A stretch of DNA of 64,000 bases from a virus. The stretch is from the IMG/VR virus record IMGVR_UViG_3300046786_000331, positions 1 through 64,000 of that record; one strand, 5' to 3'. This document shows, in pieces, positions 59,657 through 64,000 of this stretch. Under the pieces are notes generated by a model. That model did no database searches, was not told where the DNA came from, and worked only from the letters and a program-made list of their open reading frames with translations. The position numbers and the translations under genes were made by a program. Each line of letters opens with the position of its first letter. Position 1 is the stretch's first letter.

Positions 59657-60217
59657 GTGAAAAAGATCGACGATTTTAACGCATCCGATAGAATTGGTGT
59701 AAAACTACTCGAAAATTCAGTACATTTCCTTACCGGAGAAATTACAGAAGAAAATGTAGAAGAATGTATAAAATGGATAGTCTTTGAAAATCTAGATACA
59801 TCCAAAGAAAAAATACTAACCTTATACATTAATTCATCGGGCGGAGATCTTTATCAAGCGTTTGCTCTAATTGATATCATGCGTAATAGTAATCACTACA
59901 TACGCACAATCGGAATTGGAAACATAATGAGCGCAGCTTTTCTAATCTTCACTGCCGGTACACAGGGAGAAAGATATATAGCTGCTAACACTGGAATTAT
60001 GTGTCATCAGTTTTCCGGTGGTGTCGAAGCCAAGTATCATGATATCAAGGCTGAGATGAAAGAAAATGAACTGTTAAATAAAAAGATGGTAGACATCTTG
60101 AAAGAAGCTACAGGTTTAACACCTAGTAGAATAAAAGCAAAGTTGCTACCAGCCAGTGATGTTTATCTCACAGCGCAAGAAGCACTTGACTTTAATGTGG
60201 CGGATCATTTACTATAA
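59657..60217 (+). CDS. clpP: ClpP-like serine protease subunit
   Basis: LYINSSGG, MSAA, MCHQ, DVYLTAQEALDF motifs. Confidence 0.85.
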   Translation: MKKIDDFNASDRIGVKLLENSVHFLTGEITEENVEECIKWIVFENLDTSKEKILTLYINSSGGDLYQAFALIDIMRNSNHYIRTIGIGNIMSAAFLIFTAGTQGERYIAANTGIMCHQFSGGVEAKYHDIKAEMKENELLNKKMVDILKEATGLTPSRIKAKLLPASDVYLTAQEALDFNVADHLL

Positions 60218-60225
60218 GGTGTAGC

Positions 60226-60471
60226 ATGGAAATTGTAAGTATCAATACAAAACGCAAAGAACAATTAATAGAAGAAGAACAAAAGAAAGCAATGTTAGAA
60301 GTCTTGGATCATATGAGAAAAAGTATTGAGGCAGGACAGATAAAAGAATTTGTGGCAGCAAGTATTGACGACGATGGACTAACACAGATTCATGTAGCGG
60401 CAATGGACTTGCCAGGCAGCGTTGGGTTATTTGAGATTGGAAAACATATTCTAATCGCCGGTGATGCATAA
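60226..60471 (+). CDS. hypothetical protein
   Basis: 81-aa ORF with SD. Confidence 0.55.
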   Translation: MEIVSINTKRKEQLIEEEQKKAMLEVLDHMRKSIEAGQIKEFVAASIDDDGLTQIHVAAMDLPGSVGLFEIGKHILIAGDA

Positions 60472-60508
60472 TTTGGCAAAATTGCCACATTATCTGGTAG
60501 TTTTTTAG

Positions 60509-60699
60509 TTGACTGCTAAATAAAACTATCATACAATGAGTACATGGTGTTTAGGATTGTTGAAAAATTTATTTGCCAGAATTGCAAATAGAGGTTGACA
60601 ACAGAACTAAATAAACTTATACTTAAGACATGTTGTTAATAACTGCCGCAGATAAAAATGTAAACAGGGGTTGACAGCAAGTCAGAAAGACGTTATAAT
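60509..60699 (+). promoter_or_regulatory. three tandem sigma70 promoters (two with embedded TAAATA) heading the tRNA region
   Basis: TTGACT..TACAAT (60509), TTGACA..TATACT (60595), TTGACA..TATAAT (60671), each with a 17-bp spacer. Confidence 0.8.
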
Positions 60700-60753
60700 A
60701 ATTACATACGCTGCATGGGGCAGTGTAGTAAAAAGATTTTAAGAGAAAGCAAA

Positions 60754-60906
60754 ATGCAATCTACTAATAGACAAATTATTAATACGATAGCCAAACAGGT
60801 TGGACATATGTCCGCCGGCTGGTTAGCGATTAATAGTCTATGTTCAGATCGCACACCGGAGGGCTATTTTAGCTCAGGGTTCTTGGAGGGTAGTGGTTAC
60901 GCTTAA
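60754..60906 (+). CDS. putative attenuator leader peptide (50 aa)
   Basis: All 20 amino acids in codons 11-39; 3' end overlaps the antiterminator arm. Confidence 0.6.
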   Translation: MQSTNRQIINTIAKQVGHMSAGWLAINSLCSDRTPEGYFSSGFLEGSGYA

Positions 60907-60969
60907 TTAAGCAAACAGCTACTAAAACTTTAGGAACCCTAGGATTAAAACCCTGGGGTTTTTTGTTTT
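60876..60969 (+). terminator. mutually exclusive antiterminator (60876-60888/60928-60940) and intrinsic terminator (60935-60943/60952-60960 + U-tract)
   Basis: AGGGTTCTTGGAG pairs with CTTTAGGAACCCT; AACCCTAGG pairs with CCTGGGGTT, followed by TTTTGTTTT. Confidence 0.75.
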
Positions 60970-60982
60970 CTGGAAAGGGTAA

Positions 60983-61141
60983 ATGGATACAGAGACAAAA
61001 AAACTAAAGGAAGCTGAATGGTTTCGACAGCACGAATTGAACGATGATCAGTTAGAAAGACTAATTGAAAACAAGTTTATTAGAGCTCGTCAATATCATG
61101 AAGCGTTCTTAGCGAAAGAAAGGCAAGAAGAAATTGCCTAA
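60983..61141 (+). CDS. small hypothetical protein (52 aa)
   Basis: MDTETKKLKEAEWFRQHEL...; SD-like GGAAAGGG. Confidence 0.5.
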   Translation: MDTETKKLKEAEWFRQHELNDDQLERLIENKFIRARQYHEAFLAKERQEEIA

Positions 61142-61389
61142 TGGTAGAATAGTGTGAATAAGTGGAAACGAGGTCCACGCTCCGCACTCAAAACATGGAG
61201 CAAACGGGCGGACTAGTGGATGGCTTATCTTCTTGTAGATAAAAAAATACTAGTTATTAAAGCAAATTGGTACCCGCTACTTTTGACGTAGAACGCGGCT
61301 GCATAGCAGGACAGTTTGTTTTAATAAACACTTTCCACTTCACGCCTGAACAGCGGACGACATCATAGAGGGAAAGTGTTAACAACTAT

Positions 61390-61474
61390 GGAGTCGTAGG
61401 AAAATTGGTAACCCCAGTGGACTGTAAATCCGCCGCCTCTGGCACTGCTGGTTCAACTCCAGCCGGCTCCACCA
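61390..61474 (+). tRNA. tRNA-Tyr(GUA)
   Basis: Cloverleaf, long variable arm, anticodon loop CTGTAAA, CCA end. Confidence 0.9.
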
Positions 61475-61537
61475 TAGTTGACTTTTTACAAGTTCGGTGT
61501 TATACTACTAACACTTAGAAACTTTAGAAAGTCTAAA

Positions 61538-61732
61538 ATGCAAACACATCGAGTTTATGTTGAAGTTGGTTACTATGCAGGTGGAGGTACCGATGGTGCT
61601 TTCATTACTGAAAGTCTTAATCAATTTGAAACAACTGTAAATGCAAATACTTCAGGTGACGCTGTTCGTATTGCACAAGCACAGTTCGGTGGACAAACAC
61701 GTTGTCGCGTAACATATCGCGGCACAATTTAA
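61538..61732 (+). CDS. hypothetical protein within the tRNA array
   Basis: MQTHRVYVEV...; own sigma70 promoter at 61478. Confidence 0.55.
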   Translation: MQTHRVYVEVGYYAGGGTDGAFITESLNQFETTVNANTSGDAVRIAQAQFGGQTRCRVTYRGTI

Positions 61733-61734
61733 TT

Positions 61735-61810
61735 GCTTCGTTAGCTCAATTGGGAGAGCGCGACACTGTCACTGTCGAGGTAAGGGGATCGAAACCCCTA
61801 CGAGGCGCCA
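61735..61810 (+). tRNA. tRNA-Asp(GUC)
   Basis: CGACA-CTGTCAC-TGTCG arm, CCA end. Confidence 0.9.
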
Positions 61811-61815
61811 AACAT

Positions 61816-61892
61816 GGGTCGTTAGTTCCAATTGGCAGAACGTTGGTCTCCAAAACCAAATGTTGGGCGTTCGAATCGCTCACGGCCCGCCA
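61816..61892 (+). tRNA. tRNA-Trp(CCA)
   Basis: TTGGT-CTCCAAA-ACCAA arm, CCA end. Confidence 0.9.
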
Positions 61893-61898
61893 ACTTAT

Positions 61899-61973
61899 GC
61901 ACGGTTCGTCTATCGGTCAGGACATTAGGTTTTCATCCTAAGAAGAGGGGTTCGATTCCCCTACCGTGTTCCA
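61899..61973 (+). tRNA. tRNA-Glu(UUC)
   Basis: TTAGG-TTTTCAT-CCTAA arm, CCA end. Confidence 0.88.
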
Positions 61974-61978
61974 GTTAT

Positions 61979-62056
61979 GCACAGGTGGCAGAGTGGCCCA
62001 ATGCAACGGATTGCAAATCCGTAAAGCCGTGAGTTCGAATCTCACCCTGTGCTCCA
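61979..62056 (+). tRNA. tRNA-Cys(GCA)
   Basis: ACGGA-TTGCAAA-TCCGT arm, U73, CCA end. Confidence 0.9.
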
Positions 62057-62162
62057 AGTTAGATCTGGCAGGGGTAAACCTACATAGTATGGTTGACGGG
62101 ATGGAAGGTCCCTTAGCGAACTACACGCACCACACGCCCTGCGGAATGTAGTAACAATTTAT

Positions 62163-62239
62163 ACCCCAGTGACGCAACTGGTAGACGTGCTTCTCTCAAA
62201 AGGAAGATGCTGAAGGTTCAAATCCTTCCTGGGGTACCA
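62163..62239 (+). tRNA. tRNA-Leu(CAA), short variable arm
   Basis: CTTCT-CTCAAAA-GGAAG arm, A73, CCA end. Confidence 0.8.
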
Positions 62240-62244
62240 ATAAT

Positions 62245-62336
62245 GGAAAGTAATGCAGCTGGGATGGTCCGGCGACTAGCCTTGAAAACTAGGTTCTCAG
62301 AAATGGGATGGGGTTCGACTCCTCTGCTTTCCGCCA
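62245..62336 (+). tRNA. tRNA-Ser(UGA)
   Basis: CTTGAAA loop, long variable arm, G73, CCA end. Confidence 0.85.
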
Positions 62337-62340
62337 AATT

Positions 62341-62415
62341 TGCCGTGTAGCTCAGAGGAAGAGCACTCGCTTGATAAGCGATAGGTCGACATTTCGAAAT
62401 TGTCCATGGCAACCA
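62341..62415 (+). tRNA. tRNA-Ile(GAU)
   Basis: TCGC-TTGATAA-GCGA arm, CCA end. Confidence 0.85.
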
Positions 62416-62642
62416 AGTTTTGTTAAAGTGTCAGCAAGAGAATGTCACGCTATAAAGGTTTCTTCGAAGGACTGATATAGTTAAAGGGGACGGGTTCAAC
62501 TCCCGGCTGCTCGGAAGAGCGGTGCAGATTGGTTGCTAACTGGACTAGTATCCCAAGTGACGTACCGAGTCCTAGCCGGCTTTATATACATAGGTGAATG
62601 GTTGCTATAACGATGGGGCAACATCTTTAACAAATTTAATTT

Positions 62643-62716
62643 CTGGGTGTAGGATAATGGTAGTCGACGAAGCTTGGATCTTCGAGGCGCAGGTTCGATT
62701 CCTGCCACCCAGACCA
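62643..62716 (+). tRNA. tRNA-Pro(UGG)
   Basis: CGAAG-CTTGGAT-CTTCG arm, C1:G72, CCA end. Confidence 0.88.
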
Positions 62717-62919
62717 TTTATGTCATAGTGTAATGAGAATGCACGGGATCGCCATTATAAAATCCTTCGGGTGATGGAACAAGGTTCAGGTACGGTAAGA
62801 ACCCGTAACGACAAAATTTTCTGCAGAAAGAACAGAGACACGGTGGTCCTAAAGGTGTGGGGACTATAAAAGCCGACAAACGTCTGGGGTACAACTCCAT
62901 ACGCACCGACAAATTCTAT

Positions 62920-62998
62920 TCCGTGAAATCCAAGCATGGTGCAAGGACCTGACTGTTAATCAGTGATTAGGTGAGTTCGATCCTCACACACGGAGCCA
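62920..62998 (+). tRNA. tRNA-Asn(GUU)
   Basis: CTGA-CTGTTAA-TCAG arm, G73, CCA end. Confidence 0.8.
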
Positions 62999-63091
62999 TT
63001 AATAAAGCTCATCAGAACTTCTGTGGGCATCCGCTTCCTCACATAGTGCAGGAGGCGCAACGGTTCGATTCCGCTGATGTGTTTTATTAAT

Positions 63092-63166
63092 GGGGGGAGC
63101 CGAGGGCGGCGGCGTTGCTTTGCAAGCATCGTGACTACAAGGGTTCGATACCCTGGTCCTCCACCA
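63092..63166 (+). tRNA. tRNA-Ala(UGC), atypical D-arm
   Basis: G3:U70 pair, TTTGCAA loop, CCA end. Confidence 0.7.
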
Positions 63167-63171
63167 AGAAT

Positions 63172-63248
63172 GTCTGGGTCTGACATGGTGTTTCTGAAGA
63201 GGTTGATCACTCTGAGGAGAATGTGGTTCGATACCACGCCCGGCGCCA
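63172..63248 (+). ncRNA. atypical tRNA-like RNA (8-nt anticodon-type loop GTTGATCA)
   Basis: T-arm GTGG-TTCGATA-CCAC and 3' GCCA; irregular acceptor and D arms. Confidence 0.45.
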
Positions 63249-63402
63249 ACTTTCGAAGATAGACGTACTGCTTGAGTCCCAAGTAACTGGCGCTACGAGC
63301 GCATTGGTTTGACAGTGAAGTATGGTTTGTTTAAACTCGCGGCTACGAGACAATCCAGTGAGTCCTCCCAGGAGGATAGTTGGGCACTTCGAAAACCTAT
63401 AT

Positions 63403-63477
63403 ACTCCGGTAGTTTACTGGCTAGAACGCTGCCCTTTCAAGGCGGAGAAGAGGGATCGATACCCTTTCGGAGTACCA
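63403..63477 (+). tRNA. tRNA-Glu(UUC), second divergent copy
   Basis: CTGCC-CTTTCAA-GGCGG arm, CCA end. Confidence 0.85.
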
Positions 63478-63590
63478 CAATTTTTAGTTCAAAGGAGAAC
63501 GATATGAAACGTGCTAAACGTTAGTGTCGCTTCTAGATCCCCCGTATGGTCTAGTTGTGACACGTTAATAAACAATTAATACGAACACAA

Positions 63591-63664
63591 CCTTCGCAAA
63601 CATTAAGGTGATGTAACTGGCTCTTAACCAGTAAAACTAGGATCGTTACCTAGGCGGAGGACCA
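63591..63664 (+). tRNA. tRNA-Lys(CUU)
   Basis: ACTGG-CTCTTAA-CCAGT arm, CCA end; T-loop ATCGTTA. Confidence 0.82.
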
Positions 63665-63667
63665 TAT

Positions 63668-63741
63668 GGGGGTGAAACTTTAAGGTGAAGTAACTGGCTT
63701 TTAACCAGTAAAACTCGGATCGTTCCCGAGCACCCCTACCA
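63668..63741 (+). tRNA. tRNA-Lys(UUU)
   Basis: ACTGG-CTTTTAA-CCAGT arm, CCA end; T-loop ATCGTTC. Confidence 0.85.
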
Positions 63742-63827
63742 TATGCAAACACATTCGAAGACCTATACATAGTATTAGGAAACGGATAGGCACGCCGGAG
63801 GACCTGGGCCTGAGTGTGTTTACATAT

Positions 63828-63992
63828 GGTTAATGTTATCTGCAGGTAACATCCATATTGGGGCGTAATTAACCTCAAGAACTCGTAGTCGTCTAATGGT
63901 AGGATACGTGCGTAGCGTGATGGTTGTTCGAATCGACCCTACAATGAGTTTGCAACAAACAAGTCGGCATGTGTGTCCACCGTGCATTAACC
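63828..63992 (+). ncRNA. RNA with an embedded tRNA-like module (Y-RNA-like architecture)
   Basis: Closed by GGTTAATG/CATTAACC; internal D-arm, 3-bp anticodon stem and T-arm GGTTG-TTCGAAT-CGACC, no CCA. Confidence 0.45.
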
Positions 63993-64000
63993 GACGATAA

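Noticed and set aside
63522-63563. SECIS/PYLIS-type read-through of the minigene UAG
   Set aside because: A second in-frame TAG follows after three sense codons, so read-through gives no meaningful ORF.
61700-63900. Short ORFs on both strands over the tRNA array
   Set aside because: They overlap tRNA cloverleaves and structured RNAs and lack SD or coding-like composition.
1-64000. Stop-codon reassignment (seen in some large phages)
   Set aside because: Conserved genes are full length in the standard code, and no suppressor tRNA appears in the window.

Overview
A 64-kb segment of a large AT-rich, T4-like/jumbo dsDNA phage genome, probably infecting a Proteobacterium (beta/gamma-like rpsU, erpA, ahpCD, dnaK; inference). 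The standard genetic code fits. It carries putative virion/late genes behind TAAATA promoters, and a Cas4-like exonuclease invaded by a GIY-YIG/NUMOD3 endonuclease. It also has class Ia RNR (nrdAB) with glutaredoxin, a PAAR protein, a circularly permuted tmRNA and bS21. Host-like genes include dnaK, hsp20, clpS, clpP, heme oxygenase plus bilin reductase, desaturase, ahpCD and TerC under a yybP-ykoY riboswitch. Further on are a curli-like locus (csgF, csgG, two curlin-repeat proteins) joined to FecR and a CHASE2 cyclase, a ~430-nt highly structured non-coding region, an array of ~17 small divergent paralogs ending in an F-x-L-[KR]-W motif, and the start of a tRNA array interleaved with unexplained structured RNAs. 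The most striking unexplained element lies at the head of the tRNA array. It is a 50-codon leader ORF containing all 20 amino acids within 29 consecutive codons, coupled to mutually exclusive antiterminator/terminator hairpins, and is a candidate general tRNA-depletion-sensing attenuator. All RNA structures were read by eye, and all family assignments rest on recognised motifs rather than database searches.
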